A DNA stretch of 64,000 nt, taken from assembly GCF_009914755.1 (NCBI RefSeq), contig NC_060926.1; one strand, 5' to 3'. The notes under the pieces were generated by a model, which saw nothing but the letters and a program-made list of their open reading frames with translations, searched no databases and was not told the origin of the DNA. The position numbers and the translations under genes were made by a program. This document shows positions 14,760 to 32,305 of this stretch, piece by piece (the first letter of the stretch is position 1; each line of letters begins with the position of its first letter). The DNA is from the human T2T-CHM13v2.0 reference genome, Homo sapiens.

Positions 14760-15558
14760 TAGCAGCTACAGGTCCCTGATTATCTGTGTCCACCTGGAAA
14801 AGTTCTGTAAGTCCATCTGTAGAAGTCTACACGAGCAAATCTCCTTCCTGGAAAGGTGGATTGTGTGTAAGTGAGTAACACACCAAATTTAAAGACAGTT
14901 TGCTATTTTTCTTTAAAAATCAGAGCAAAGATTTCAATAATGGACTCTCATGAGTTATTATTCACTTGGCCTCAAATTAGAAGGTCAGAATGATTACTTT
15001 CTGAAAGGAACCTTCATTACCCTGGTGCCTACTGCTAGCTGGTATGTGTTTCTGCATCCTGCTTAGCAGCAGTGCCCTCTTCTGTTCATTTGGCTACAAG
15101 TGTTAAAAAAAAATGCTTCCAGGCACATTGTCAAGGCAATGCTGACTAATGCATACCTCAAAGGTATGATTTGCCATTAATATTTTTAAAGCCATAACTT
15201 TGTTGTAGCTGTCCAAAATGTTCTAAGGGATGTTATATCTCCCTTTATGGTGGCATATTAAAAGTATAAGCCTATTCGTTTATAATAGTACCATTTTAAT
15301 AGTTGTCGATATCTTTAAAAAGCAAAGTTAGCTTTTACTTTAGAACTCTTTTCAGAAACCTGAAATATAGGTTACAAATTACCAAGATTTTTTTTTTAAT
15401 CTGTTAAAAACCTTTCTAGAGATCACAGAATGGATAGTTGAACTAGTTTGTGTAATCAACAGTATAGTAAGCCTATGCCCCCTTAAAACCTAAAGGAAAG
15501 GTATACATTAAGAAGAAAACTTTAAAAATACAGATGACTTGTATGTCTCAAACAGTAG

Positions 15559-15983
<425 letters not shown>

Positions 15984-16756
15984 AACAGGAGAAGTTTCAG
16001 TGGTAGGGAACATCTACTCAGAGGTACATCTGCTACCTAAAATAGAGGCTTAAAGATTTTTACCACAAAGAGAACTTAGCATAAATCAAATGGAGCTATG
16101 GTATGAAGTTCATAATAAAATGTGAAAAGAACACTATATAACAGACCAAATCATTACTTAATCATAACAAAAGCTACATAGGAAATACAGGGCTAAGTTT
16201 GAGGTTCCATCATGAATAAAGTTAATGAATTCTTTGCTATGTAGCTGGGCCTCTGTCTCCCAGGTTTTCTGGGAAGCCTGGTCATGTGTGATCTTCACCT
16301 TGTCTTGATGTTATTCCAGTTACTTTAAAGAAAGTTTTCTCATTACTGTGATCTAGCCAACATCTCTTCCAGCTTTCTAAGTTTTTGTTATAATGTGTTG
16401 TCTGTCAGTAGAACAAATATAGACAACAGCTTTAAAAAATGTGAAGTTTTACAATGATTTTACAAAGGGCTAAAATATAGATAAAATCATCCATAGAGGA
16501 TGATTATGGTCTCCCAAGGTTTCTCCTTGGGTCTTACTGTAGCAAATAGTAGATTGTGAATGATAATGTCTTTAGTGAAAAATTATCTGAGCTGTATTTA
16601 TGTATAGTATTTAGTACATATGTGTAAATATAGTTACATTATACATGTATATGTTCTATTAGTTATGTTAGATCTTTTGTTGTTGTTCATACATGAAGAC
16701 ATTAAGTGTCATTGTTCCTGTATTCCTATATTCCTCTCTTTCCACCTACCCCCACC

Positions 16757-17010
16757 CTAGGCATCATCAAGAGGGATATTGAAAACAAAACAATAAAGTT
16801 ATGTTCCAAAATTTTATATAGCCCCAAGGTAATTATGTGCAGTTTTTTATCAGTACTTTTCCAGAAAAAGCAGAGGAAAAAAAAGAAAAGCAGGAAAGAG
16901 CATCTAAAATGATCAAAGGAAGAAATCAATTGCATGAATGTGTAGGATTTTCCAGACTCGACAGATGATAGCGAAGAGAGAAGATGATTAACATGTATAA
17001 AATAATGAAA
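16757..17010 (+). mobile_element. Ancient CR1/L3-like LINE fragment (ORF2 C-terminal region)
   Basis: Translates LGIIKRDIENKT; downstream TGTGCAGTT...GCATCTAAAATGATCAAAGG...ATGAT...TATAAAATAATGA resembles the recalled CR1 consensus (LGIIKKGIENKT...YCVQF...RATKMIKG...DMI..YKIM). Confidence 0.6.
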
Positions 17011-17032
17011 CGTTTAGGAAAGTTACAGATAA

Positions 17033-17777
<745 letters not shown>

Positions 17778-18179
17778 GATTTACCTTTAAGGCTTAAAAA
17801 AGGATAAAAAGAATACTTTTACATAAGTTAGGTACTCATTTTTAAGGATAACAAATTCTTAGTTGGTGTTTACTGCAGGCCAGGCACTCTTCTAGGTGGT
17901 GAAAATGAGCATAAATCAGAGTCTACTCATGTCTTTAAGAAACTCAGCATCCAATGGGGGCAGCATATATGTTTAAAAAAAAAAAAAGTACCTCAATGTG
18001 ATCATCACAGTGTTTGAGATCCCAGGCTTAATGGTCTCATATAAAGGATGAGTGATCAAGGCATCGTTGATGTTTCAGGGGAGCCAGGAGACGATGAGGC
18101 ATGGCTTATTAAGGAGCTATGAGACAGCTCGTGTACATTAAGGAAATTGAGGCAATTTGTTATGACTGGTACGTAGGGT

Positions 18180-18800
18180 CTGTGATAGGCAAGATACGAC
18201 ATGTCCTTGGTCTCATGAAGCTTATGTTCTATAGCTTACTTACTTTGTGTAGTCATAGAATAAGTAAACAATGGGGAAATCCAGATAGTGATAAAGATGA
18301 TGGATTTTTTAGAAGGCAAGGTAATATAATAGAGTTTCGGGATAGAGAGGGTGATAGAGAAAGTAGGGGGTCGAGAGGGGTGGTGCACTGCTGCGTAGGG
18401 TGGCTAGGGAATAGCTTGCTGACAGAATGACAGCTGATCTAATGACAGAACGACATTGATCTATCATTTGGACAAATAGAAGGAATAGAGTTGTAAAAGC
18501 TCTGGAGCAAAAGGCAGAGAGAATAGCAAATACAAGCCCATAGTTGGAAGCTAGCTTGGTGTGTTTAATAAACAGAAAAAAAGGCCAGGATTGCTGGAAA
18601 GAGTAAATAAGGGTAAAAAACTGGATGGCGTGGGGGTGGGGATGGGGAGAGGAATGAGATTTGCATGGTAAACAATGGAAATACCAGGTAGGGTTTAGAA
18701 CTTACTCTAAATGCTTTGGGAACTAATTGAAGGATTTTAAGATGGGGATGGGTGTGACATGATATGGTGAATGTTTGGCCCTTTTGAAGAGAAAGTTACA
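18180..18800 (-). mobile_element. L2 LINE fragments
   Basis: Purine-rich degenerate L2-like text (GTCCTTGGTCTCATGAAGCTTATGTTCTA; AGCTTGGTGTGTTT...AAGGCCAG; TTTACTCTAAATG...GGGAA...TTGAAGGATTTTAAG). Confidence 0.55.
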
Positions 18801-18841
18801 GGCAAGAGTAGAAGTGGGAGGCCACTTAAAAGGCTGTTTAA

Positions 18842-19278
<437 letters not shown>

Positions 19279-19704
19279 TTAAAGATTTAAAATGTTATTC
19301 ATTTATCTTCTTTCAGTGTAAGTTGAGCAAGATCAAGATGAAGTCACAACTTACGAATTTCTGAGCAGATTGGCTTCTGTTCAGAAAAAACAATACCATC
19401 CATAAATAAATTATCTAGAATTTTGAGAGTGAAAATAAACTTTAGATGAATCTTTTGATGTGTCCTCCTCCATCCCCTACCCCTAGTTTTAATGAGGAAG
19501 CATTTGTGGTCCAGAAAGTTTAAGTGATTGGTTTAAGGTCAGAGCCAGATTATCTGGCCCTAAATTAATGTCTTTTCTGTACAGTTTTGCTTGAGTTTCC
19601 TTGAATTAGATTATTGCTTATGGATAAAGAGTACCCTACTGAACTTTGAATTAGTATTTATCATGATGAATGGGTTCTATAAATATTAAGATCTGTACAA
19701 ATAA

Positions 19705-20085
<381 letters not shown>

Positions 20086-20307
20086 TAGTATTAGTTACTG
20101 TTCTTGATTTATGTTATAAATTATTGCAATTCAGTATTTCATATGTTGATCAAACCTCTAAAATATTCAAGGCATCATTCCCGTCACCTAAGGGTATATG
20201 AAGAAAAGTCAGCTCTCTTTCCTGGGAGTGTACAGTGTACTCTGAGTTTCTCCTGTAGTCTTTAATGAAATGAGAAGAGTATTACAGAAGTTATAAACAA
20301 AAGTTAA

Positions 20308-20698
<391 letters not shown>

Positions 20699-21614
20699 TG
20701 ATTTTTTTTTCAAGTATATTATTTTATTTAATTCTCCCATTAATACATGAGTTAATATAAGCTCATTTTTATAGCTCATTATTATACCATTTCTGAATGT
20801 AAAAAGAGACTGAGAAAGGCAGTTTACCCAAGGTTGCCCACTGCATAGGTCCAGTAGAGCAAGCAAGACCTTTTTCTGGTTCTTATACACTTTGGAGCAT
20901 TATAAATGGATCTAGGATCAAAACAGATCTTTTCTTTAAATGAAATACAGTGTAGAAAATTTAGATGACCTTTGTGTTGAAACACTTAATATGAGCTCAA
21001 TATACAAGTGTGTTGGTCTGTTTCCAGAAATAAGACATGAAGTGGATTCTCATAAATTAGTAGTATTTTAGAGTTTTTTTGTTATAAATGCAATATATTT
21101 GTTATAGAACTTTTAGAAAATACATCAAAGCATATCTTTTCAATGTTTTTCCTGTGCAGTCACACACATTTTTTTAAAAAGGAAATCATGCTTTTATATG
21201 CTATTCATAGTGTTTTATTCAACGTTTCAGAAACATTTCTTTATTATTCTTCTAAAACATGAATTTTCTGTTTCCCTTTGTAACAAATAGCTGCATCATA
21301 TCTTATTTACCTTTTTTTGTGGCATTTTTATCTTTCTTTATAATTCTTTTGCATATCTCTGATTATGTCATTAGGACAAAATTCAAGAATCACTGTGTCA
21401 AGTGTGTGCACTTCTTTTTTTAAGGTTATTAATACACATGGTCAAGTTACCATCCCACTCCCTCCACAGGAAGGTTTTTGTCAACTTTTTAAAGCACTCA
21501 CCAGCAGTAAATGAGTCATTGTTTTCCCATACTTGTGCTTCTTTTAAAATAATTTTTAACTGTATAACAGGTGGACAGTGTATTTTAACTAACAGTTTGT
21601 GATTCTAGAAATAA

Positions 21615-21948
<334 letters not shown>

Positions 21949-22065
21949 ATCAGGTTGATTCTTAACTATACATAAATAAAAATGATTATTTTTACTAATA
22001 ATCTAATGTATAGTTATGAGGTTGATTCTTAACTATAGATTATTAGTAAAAATAATCATTTTCAT

Positions 22066-22146
22066 TTGTGTGTATATATATATACATTTGTATATATATA
22101 CATTTGTGTGTATATATATATACATTTGTATATATATACATTTGTG
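22066..22146 (+). repeat. Low-complexity (TG/TA)n-CATT minisatellite-like repeat
   Basis: Units like TGTGTGTATATATATACATT repeated ~5x. Confidence 0.85.
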
Positions 22147-22951
22147 TGTATATATATACACACATTTACTTCTGTGAATTTCCTTTTTGTGTCTTTTTTT
22201 TCTTCTTTGCTACTGGGATTGTATTTTGCTTTTCTTTCATTCGTTCATTTTTTTTAAACTTTCACAGTGCCTTAAATGTTGCAAATATTAACTTCTTAAC
22301 TCTTTTATGTATTTTCTAGTTTGTCAGATTTGCATTTTGAGCATAAAGTTTTAAACTTTTATGTTATTTAATCTGTTTTTATTTTTTTTTTCATGTGATT
22401 TTCTGTTTAGAAAAGACTTCCTCAAATTTAGCTTGGGTATACTGTGAGATAGAGCTCTCATTTGACTTTTTCTGAATCGTGAACCAGTTGAACCTGTGGC
22501 ATATGAAAACTAATGCATTTCATTCTTGCTGATTCGAGTGCTATCTGCTATAGTATTTTATATATACACACACACACACATTATATATAGAAAATAGAAA
22601 GGAAATTTTACAGTAAGATTGTAAAATCCACAGGCGTCTATAAAGCTTTTTCCTTTGGCAGTATGTATGTTTGGCAGGTGTATGATTATCATTGCTACTT
22701 TTTACTAAATATTCATTTAAAAGATTTATATCCACCTAGATGAAAGTCTACTTTATGATAAGCATTTTCCACTGGTGGTAGTTTGTTTACAGTTTTCATA
22801 TATTTTAGCCTTTTATATGATGTCTTACAACCTCTTAATAGTTTTGAGAATTTGTTCAAACCTTTTTATATTCATTGAAAATTTTATAGAATGGTATATA
22901 CATTTTAAAAACCATTATCATTATTAACATGTTTTTCCACTCTTTCTTAAG

Positions 22952-22997
22952 ACTTAATTGTAGGAGCTTTTGGTGTAGATCGAGCTATCTTATACAG
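22952..22997 (+). CDS. ITGAV: ITGAV exon 14 (46 nt): DLIVGAFGVDRAILY(R)
   Basis: ttcttaAG|ACTTAA...TACAG|GTGAGC. Confidence 0.96.
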
Positions 22998-23149
22998 GTG
23001 AGCATTTTCTGTATCCTGCGGTATAGGAATATTCTGAATTATTTGAACGTTTTTTAATTAAGTGTCAGTGTTTGAATTTTAGTTTAATTTTCTTGAAATA
23101 ATGATAAAATTTGCTCTTTCTATTCATGATTTGCTATGGGCAAATAGTA

Positions 23150-23974
<825 letters not shown>

Positions 23975-24829
23975 TAAATTATGTTCAGAGGTATTCTCCT
24001 GTAGTTTTAATCTCTCTAAAAATTGTCTGGGTTTACATTTTCCTATAAGAAGCAGGAAATTAACCTCATGCTTATGTCTTGGTATTCTCTGACCACAAGG
24101 TCAGTATGTAATGAAACCCCAAATGAATATTTTTATTAGAGCAATATGTATGAATTTATATATTTCTATTTCCCAATTTCTTATATATCCCCAGTTATTC
24201 TCTGTATTTCATCAATTCCTCATGACGTAGAATATCAGTTGGCATCCCAAGTAGTTAAGATGTTTATATATCTATGATCTGAGTTTATACATGGCAGGAA
24301 CACTAACATTAGTGCTATGTAGCGGAGTTTGCGATGGGTCAATTTAATTGTAGCTATACAATACTTAACAGATTTCAGATCTTTATCATTTTGAGACAGG
24401 CACATTGACTTGAGCCAGCTGTATTTTTGTATAGGATTTAAACCTGTGTATCTGAACTCAGGAAAACTGTATTTATTTTAATTTATTGTTTTTAGTTTTT
24501 AAAATTGCTGTTAATTGTATAATGTACGTGGTAAAAATGCAAACACTATAAGAAGGGTATATAAAAAAAAGTTTTCCCTCACACCAGCTAATAATTTATT
24601 TGTTTCTTCTATTAGAAATATTCTATGCATTAAAAAATCATATTATGTATGTATGTATGTATATCAGTAGACATTCTTTGTACTTTTTGGGTTTTTTTTT
24701 CTCTCCCACTAAAACTATATGTTGGTTATGTCTTAGAGGTCATCCCACTCATTTTCTCCACGGTAGTGCAGCGAATTCGGTAGATATCTCACAACTTATT
24801 TAGCCATTCTGCTTTAGTGACTGAATTCA

Positions 24830-24941
24830 TATAGGCCAGCCATTGTCCCACTTTGTCTGGAACTGAGCGATTTCCCAGGATGCAGGAGTTTCTGTGCTAA
24901 AATTAGGACAGTTCTGGGCAACTAAGACAGTTGATCACCTA
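24830..24941. mobile_element. MER81-like hAT-Blackjack MITE
   Basis: GTCCCACTTTGTCTGGAACTGAG..TTTCCCAGGATGCAGGA.TTTC.GTGCTAAAA..AGGACAGT..TGGGCAA..GACAGTTGATCACCT. Confidence 0.65.
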
Positions 24942-25058
24942 CGGTTATGTTGTTCCTGTTCCTTTTACTATTACAAACAATGCTTTTAGTAGACATGGTA
25001 CTATATATGTAGTGAATATGAACCAAAAATATTTCAATCAACCTAACTTTTTAAATAA

Positions 25059-25202
<144 letters not shown>

Positions 25203-25329
25203 TAAGGGTATTTGTTTAATAATAGTTATTATTGTGATTATTGTTCAGGCATTGTAAGAACAATTGAAAATGAAGGTGGTAGGGCTGAAATATTGCTAAA
25301 ACAGTTTCTGTGAGTATACTGTTTTTTCT

Positions 25330-25604
25330 ATTCTTTTTTTATTTGAAGCAAGGTCTGCCTCTGTTGCCCAGGCTGGTGTGCAGTGGCACAACCATGGCTT
25401 AAGTGATCCTTCCACCTTGGCCTTTATAGTAGCTGGGACTACAGGTGTGTGGCACCATACCCAGCTAATTTTTTAAATTTTTTTAGAGATGGGGTCTCCC
25501 TATATTGCTCAGGTTGGTCTCGAAGACCGCTGTGCTCAAGCAGTCATCCTGCCTCAGCCTCCTAAAGTGCTAGGATTTACAGGCATGAGCCATTGCACCT
25601 GGCC
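25330..25604 (-). mobile_element. Alu (AluJ-like, internal deletion)
   Basis: Antisense Alu consensus. Confidence 0.85.
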
Positions 25605-26043
25605 TTATACTCTATTTTCATGTTATAAATTGGATTATAGAAATAGTGCTCCAAAAAGGATATCTAAAGGCTGTAAAGATACTCTATAAATTAGTATGAA
25701 ATTAATTTTTAAAGAATTATGCGTGGTCAATGAATATTTTCAAAAAGAAAGAAAAGCTAATAAGATCTCAGTTCATTTATATGTAATTCCAAACAGGCCC
25801 ATGAACACTTACATTTTTAAAAGATATCTTGTTTTTCTGATTTAATATCTATGAACAGTTGTATGAAAAAAATTATTTTGCTCTAATATATTAATTTTCT
25901 GCTTATTCCTTTACTAGTTTCCAAAGAAAAATATAATAATTTTTCATAAGTTAAATGTCTGAATTCTTCTCTACTCCATTCTTTCTCTCATCTTTGTCAT
26001 TTGTATGCTACTTCAGTAATTTTTGCTCTATTTTCATTACAGA

Positions 26044-26323
<280 letters not shown>

Positions 26324-27164
26324 CATTATAGATATTTTTTTAAGTTGTCTCGTGCTTTACTTCACAGTATTTAAAAGCAAAATGTAGAAACCAGTATCTT
26401 TCTCATACATATCAATATAAATATAAAACTAATGAAAAATCTTGACCCATATACTACCAAAATCACCATGAGTAGTCATTCATGAGTTCCCACTTTGGGA
26501 AACACTATTCATGTTCCTTACTTACACAGACGAGTTGCAGAGAACTTATGATCAAGGAGAAAATGATTGGTGCCTAAAAAAGTTTTACTTCAAAAGAGCC
26601 AATTAAAGATATTGTTCCTGAATTTGTTTTTGAATATTTTTGAATTATTGTTATAGTTATTAAAATTTTGAAACTTTCATTTCTTTAATTGGATTACATT
26701 TAAAAATTCAGTAATATTTGGTCTTCATTTTTATTGAACTGGCAATGAAGTTGTTTTCAAGATTTTGCTGTAAGTTTTACTGCTTTTCTACCCTGCATAC
26801 CTCTGTGAAGTTGCCAATAATCTGCTTCTAATTATGTTAGTAATTCAAAGGCTTCAAATGCACTAACTAGAGCAGTAACATCATATGATTTTTGAGTATG
26901 GCACATAGAAATACATTTTGCATTATAAACACATAAAAGTAATTAAATCAAGCATTTCAGAAAATCGTACTTACCTTTGATACCTAAATCAGTTTTATTT
27001 ATTTATTAAAAAATTTTTCTTAAGATGCTGAACACAACCCATTAAACTGGTTTCACAACCTGCTAATAAATTGTGAAGAACACTGCTGTAAAGGAGGTTG
27101 CTAATTAAAGAAAGTTTTGGTGGGTCCTTTTATCAATGAGACAGTTTTTAAAATCTGAACCGTT

Positions 27165-27482
<318 letters not shown>

Positions 27483-27760
27483 TTAGATTTATCAATAGGT
27501 TCTATAAGCTTGAGAGAAAGTTAGGACATTATTTTTCTTTTTTTCATCAAGGTACCATGAAAGGAAATGTGCTTAAATTACTGAAGGATGAGTTAGGTTA
27601 GTGTATATAGTTTCATGTTTTTAGAATAATATTAAGACATGAAGAAAGATGTAAGGCTTCACAATACAAACTATGTAGTAGAAAGATGAGATGTGGGTGA
27701 TAATAAAAATATGTCTAAACTGAATTATAGAATTTATGTATGTTTTTTATTTTTCCACAG

Positions 27761-27819
27761 TTTTAATGTTAGGTTCTGCTTAAAGGCAGATGGCAAAGGA
27801 GTACTTCCCAGGAAACTTA
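27761..27819 (+). CDS. ITGAV: ITGAV exon 16 (59 nt): FNVRFCLKADGKGVLPRKL
   Basis: ttccacAG|TTTTAA...AAACTTA|GTAAGT. Confidence 0.97.
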
Positions 27820-29357
27820 GTAAGTGTTCTATGAAAAATCATATTATTTTAATGATACTGCATACACAGCACTTAAAAAATATTTTAAGATATTCAAATA
27901 GTTACTTGAATTGTTATTATAATTTTTTATTTGAATGTTTATGCTTAAAGACATTTAAGATTTCAACATAATTATATTCTTTGGTAACCCTTAAGCTAAT
28001 TCAAAAATAATACACTTATTTATGGACATTATGAGCTAAATAGCCCACAGAATGGTAAATATGACCTTTAGAAGTTTAAGCAGTTACGAATGTGACATAA
28101 TGAACTCTGGGGAAATATGAATATTATGGTTTATAAGTAGATGATCTGCTGAGAAGTCTGTATTTTATGTCTTTGAGCAGCCCCAAGCAATCTCAGGAGT
28201 AGAGGTGGTTTAGAAATAGTGAGAAGGAGGAGAAAAAGTTTTGGTCATGCAATTTAATTCACACAGCAAACTCTACTCTTCTTTTCCTAAAATGGTTGAT
28301 GTGGTCCTGAGAGCAAGATAGGCAAGATAGGAGTGTTAAATAATTATTGCCAGGGTTTGTCAGTATGTTAATGGCAAGTGGTAAGGAATAATAGTAAAGC
28401 AGAGAAGAAACTGAAACTGTTGGGTGTGTGTTTGTGTGTGAAAGTTTACATAGGGCAGCCAAGTAAGGTCTCCCTAGGAGAAAACTTTTCAGTAGAGACC
28501 TGAAGGAAATAAGGGAGCTATGGGATGTGTGGAGGAGTGTTTGCCACAGAGGAACTGGCAGTTTCAGCAGGCCTGAAGCGGAAAATGTGCTCAGTGGTTG
28601 AGAAACGGCATGGAGGTCAATATGGCCTAGTAGAACAGAACATGAAGCAAAATAACCCCGGGTATTCACCCAAATTTGAAATAAAGGTCACCTTTTAGAG
28701 AAACTTGCGACGCGAATTCTGGTTTTAAAGATTTGCACTCTCTTAAACTATTTAAAGAACTGAATCTTACAAGGCAGTAATCCTAATTGCTACATCCTTT
28801 TACAATGATTCTTGATGCATTTAACTCTGTTTGATCACTTGCTTCCTGAAGGCATATTCATCTGACAGTTTGATATGATAGCTTCACTGGAAGCAGGAGT
28901 TTCAAGTGGGGCAAACTGTTCATTCATCATAGTGTTTAATATGATGGTATGAGTACATATGAGCAAATACTTCTTAATCAAAATCAGCAAGACTCTTGCT
29001 ACTTGAATTTATGATGGAAGTCTTAATTCACATGTTTCATCCTCTGGATTTCCTCCTCTCAGCTTAAATTAAAAGATAGCATTTCTCCTGTCTGATAATT
29101 GGCTTACTACTATCATTTTTTTGGGAATTATTTATGACATTACTTTAGGGAAAGTTTGATTAATTATTTAATTATTATTAAATATTTTTTCAGAATTAAT
29201 ATGTTGTAGTCTCATTACAATGTAATGACATTTTAAATTAATTAGAAGCAATTTACTTCTTAAGGAATAAAGATCTCTGTTTACATGAAAACTCTAGAGT
29301 AGGATAGATAGATGTCCATAAAGAATATGTTGGTTATAAATCCTTTGGTTTACATAG

Positions 29358-29512
29358 ATTTCCAGGTGGAACTTCTTTTGGATAAACTCAAGCAAAAGGG
29401 AGCAATTCGACGAGCACTGTTTCTCTACAGCAGGTCCCCAAGTCACTCCAAGAACATGACTATTTCAAGGGGGGGACTGATGCAGTGTGAGGAATTGATA
29501 GCGTATCTGCGG
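29358..29512 (+). CDS. ITGAV: ITGAV exon 17 (155 nt): [23 protein letters not shown]...CEELIAYLR
   Basis: tacatAG|ATTTCC...CTGCGG|GTAAGA; within ORF 29312-29560. Confidence 0.97.
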
Positions 29513-29819
29513 GTAAGAGCTAACTTTTCTGCTACCTTGTTGTTCCTTTTTAGTCATTAGTTTTTTATCTAAATGATTTTCACTTTCTGTAAATTAGTGT
29601 TAGATCAAAAGGAAAAACAGAAAAATACACAAAGGAAATTTAGATTTGTAAAGTGTCATACCTGAATGATGGACTTCTACTTCTGGCAGATTGGATATTC
29701 CAAATGGCCTTTCCACAACAATACTACTGAACAAATTATGATAAACATATTTCTTAAATGCAACTGAACTTTCAAGACAGTAAAAGAAATCACCAGAGTC
29801 CAAAAAAAAAATGAGCAAT

Positions 29820-30096
29820 CAACTAAAAAACTCCAGTGGCAAAAATCTGAATTGTGAGTTATAAGCAAATATATGAGCGAGAGTTGCTGGCAAAGGATGA
29901 AGCCTAAGGAGAGGGCAGGTGGTAATTGCAGACACCAGCACAGGAATTCCGACAGTTGTATAAGGCTAAGTGTTCTTACGACAGAGGTGCATTCTGATTC
30001 CAGCAAGAGCCAAATGTAAAACCTTGCTGAAGGGGAGCAATCCAGTATGGGCCCCAGGATTTCCATAGGTTAAGTTTGATCAAATATGAATTCATT

Positions 30097-30136
<40 letters not shown>

Positions 30137-31800
30137 GCCACTAGAAGAAGCATCAGATTTTAGACCCACAAAGACCAGCTACAGAGCACAAATTTGTATA
30201 AAATGTTTAAAGAAATAAAGGGCCTGGGCACAGTGGCTCAAGCTTATAATCTTGGCACTTTGGGAGGCCAAAGCAGGAGGATCACTTGAGGCCAAGAGTT
30301 TGAGACCAGCCTGGGTGAGACTCTATTTTATTTAAAGGAAAAAACAAAACAAGACAAAAACATCAGTAAATATTTAGACAACAACATAATTAATGAACTT
30401 GATTTAACAGACTTATATAGAACCTACACCTAACAACTAAAGAATATGAAAACTGACCATGCATAGGCCATAAAGGAAGTCTAAACAAATTTCAAAAAGT
30501 AATTTTATAGAATACATACTATCACAGTGCAGTTGTTAGAAATCCATAACAAAAAGATCAACTGGGAATTGGGAAGTGTGATTTTTAAATAACTTATGGG
30601 TCAAAAACAAGATCATAATGGAAATTTACTTGCAACCGTATTACAATGAAAATGTGACATCAAAATGTATAGGCTATCACAACAGTAGAATGTAAAGATA
30701 AATGTATAGCCTTAAATGCTATTTAATTTAAATGAAAGTTAAGAAAAAATGAAGGTAAGAAAGAAACACCACAAAATTAAGAATTGAAATGGGACATTAC
30801 AGATAAGGGAGGAATTAACAGAATATTTTGAATAACCTTGGGCCAGTACATAGGAAAACTTTTAGACAAATCATGGAAATTCTTAGAAAAACAATACAAC
30901 TGTCAAAAGAAGAAACAGAAAACCTGAATAATCCTCTAAACACTTAACAAATAGAATTGGCCATTAATCTTTACAAAACGACAAAGCCCAGATCGTTTTA
31001 TAGGCAATATCTATCAAACATTCAAGAACAAGACTTCTCAATTTTAAATAGCTCTTTGAAAGGAAAAAAAAACCAAAATATTTCAAAGTCAATCTGTGAA
31101 ACTAGTGTAATTGGTTCCTGGAGTGGTCAAGGATAGTACCAGAAGGGAGAATTTCATTCTAGTCTTACAATAGATGTAAAATGACTAAGCCATTATAAGC
31201 AAATAAGTCTTAGCAGTTTGTAAAAAAAGATACATAAACCAAGTTGGATTTATCCTAGAGTGGGTTAATATTAAGTCTAAAAATGTAATTTACCACATGA
31301 ATAGATTAAAGAAGAAATATGTGACTGTCTTTTTTAAGTGCAAAAAAGGTTTTAGAGTAAATTTTAAAAACTTCAAGATTTAAGAAGCAAGACAAATACC
31401 CCAAGTTATGACTATGAAGAAATAGAATCTTACATTTAAACAAAGTCCACCAATACCTATTAATTGGTCAAGATGTGAATTAAGAATTCTTATACATTGC
31501 GGACGGCAGTGTGAATTGTTTTGAAGACTGGAAAATAATGTGGTACTACAGAACTGACAAATATACTTGTCACTATATATAAGAATAATCACAGCAATTT
31601 CTGTAATAGCAAAAACAAAACCCATAAACAATCAAAATAGCCTTTGACAGAATGGATAACTGAATGTATATTTACATGATGAAATAGTACTCAACAGTAC
31701 AAAATTAACGTAGGCTACATGCAATAGAATGGATGGATCTTAAGAGTGTAGGACAGAAAGCAAGTCACAGAAGACTACATGTAATCCTATTGAGAAGGAA
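29820..31800 (+). mobile_element. Old L1M (L1ME-like) fragments, containing (AC)17 at 30099-30132 and an Alu monomer at ~30221-30325
   Basis: A-rich degenerate ORF2/3'UTR text: GGCCATAAAGGAAGTCTAAACAAATTTCAAA, GAAGAAACAGAAAACCTGAATA, CCAAGTTGGATTTATCC. Confidence 0.65.
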
Positions 31801-32146
31801 TGCAGAGGGAGGAAGAGAAAGAAGTATTTGGGTAGCTTAAGCAGTATCAATAATGTTCTTATTATGTTGGGTGTGTGTGTTTGAGTGCTCATGTTGTTAA
31901 CATGTCTCGTACTTTCGTGTGAATCAAATAGTACATTGTAAAACAAAAATTGACTAAAGGCTCTTACTTGATAAGGATAATCTTCTTTTGGATATTCTAT
32001 TTCTACATAAGTATAATTTTCCAGAGAATGTTGTTAGAATTGAAGGCTCAGGGATGAATACAGCTGGCTTTGTAATGTGCACTTATGGATTTCTCCAGAT
32101 AATTTAGGTTGACGTTATCATTAATTCAAAGCGTTTCCATTTCTAG

Positions 32147-32305
<159 letters not shown>

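Noticed and set aside
22066-22319. ORFs rich in Y/I/C/V, and repeat units that look like a spaced array
   Set aside because: TA/TG low-complexity microsatellite; no unique spacers, so not CRISPR-like.
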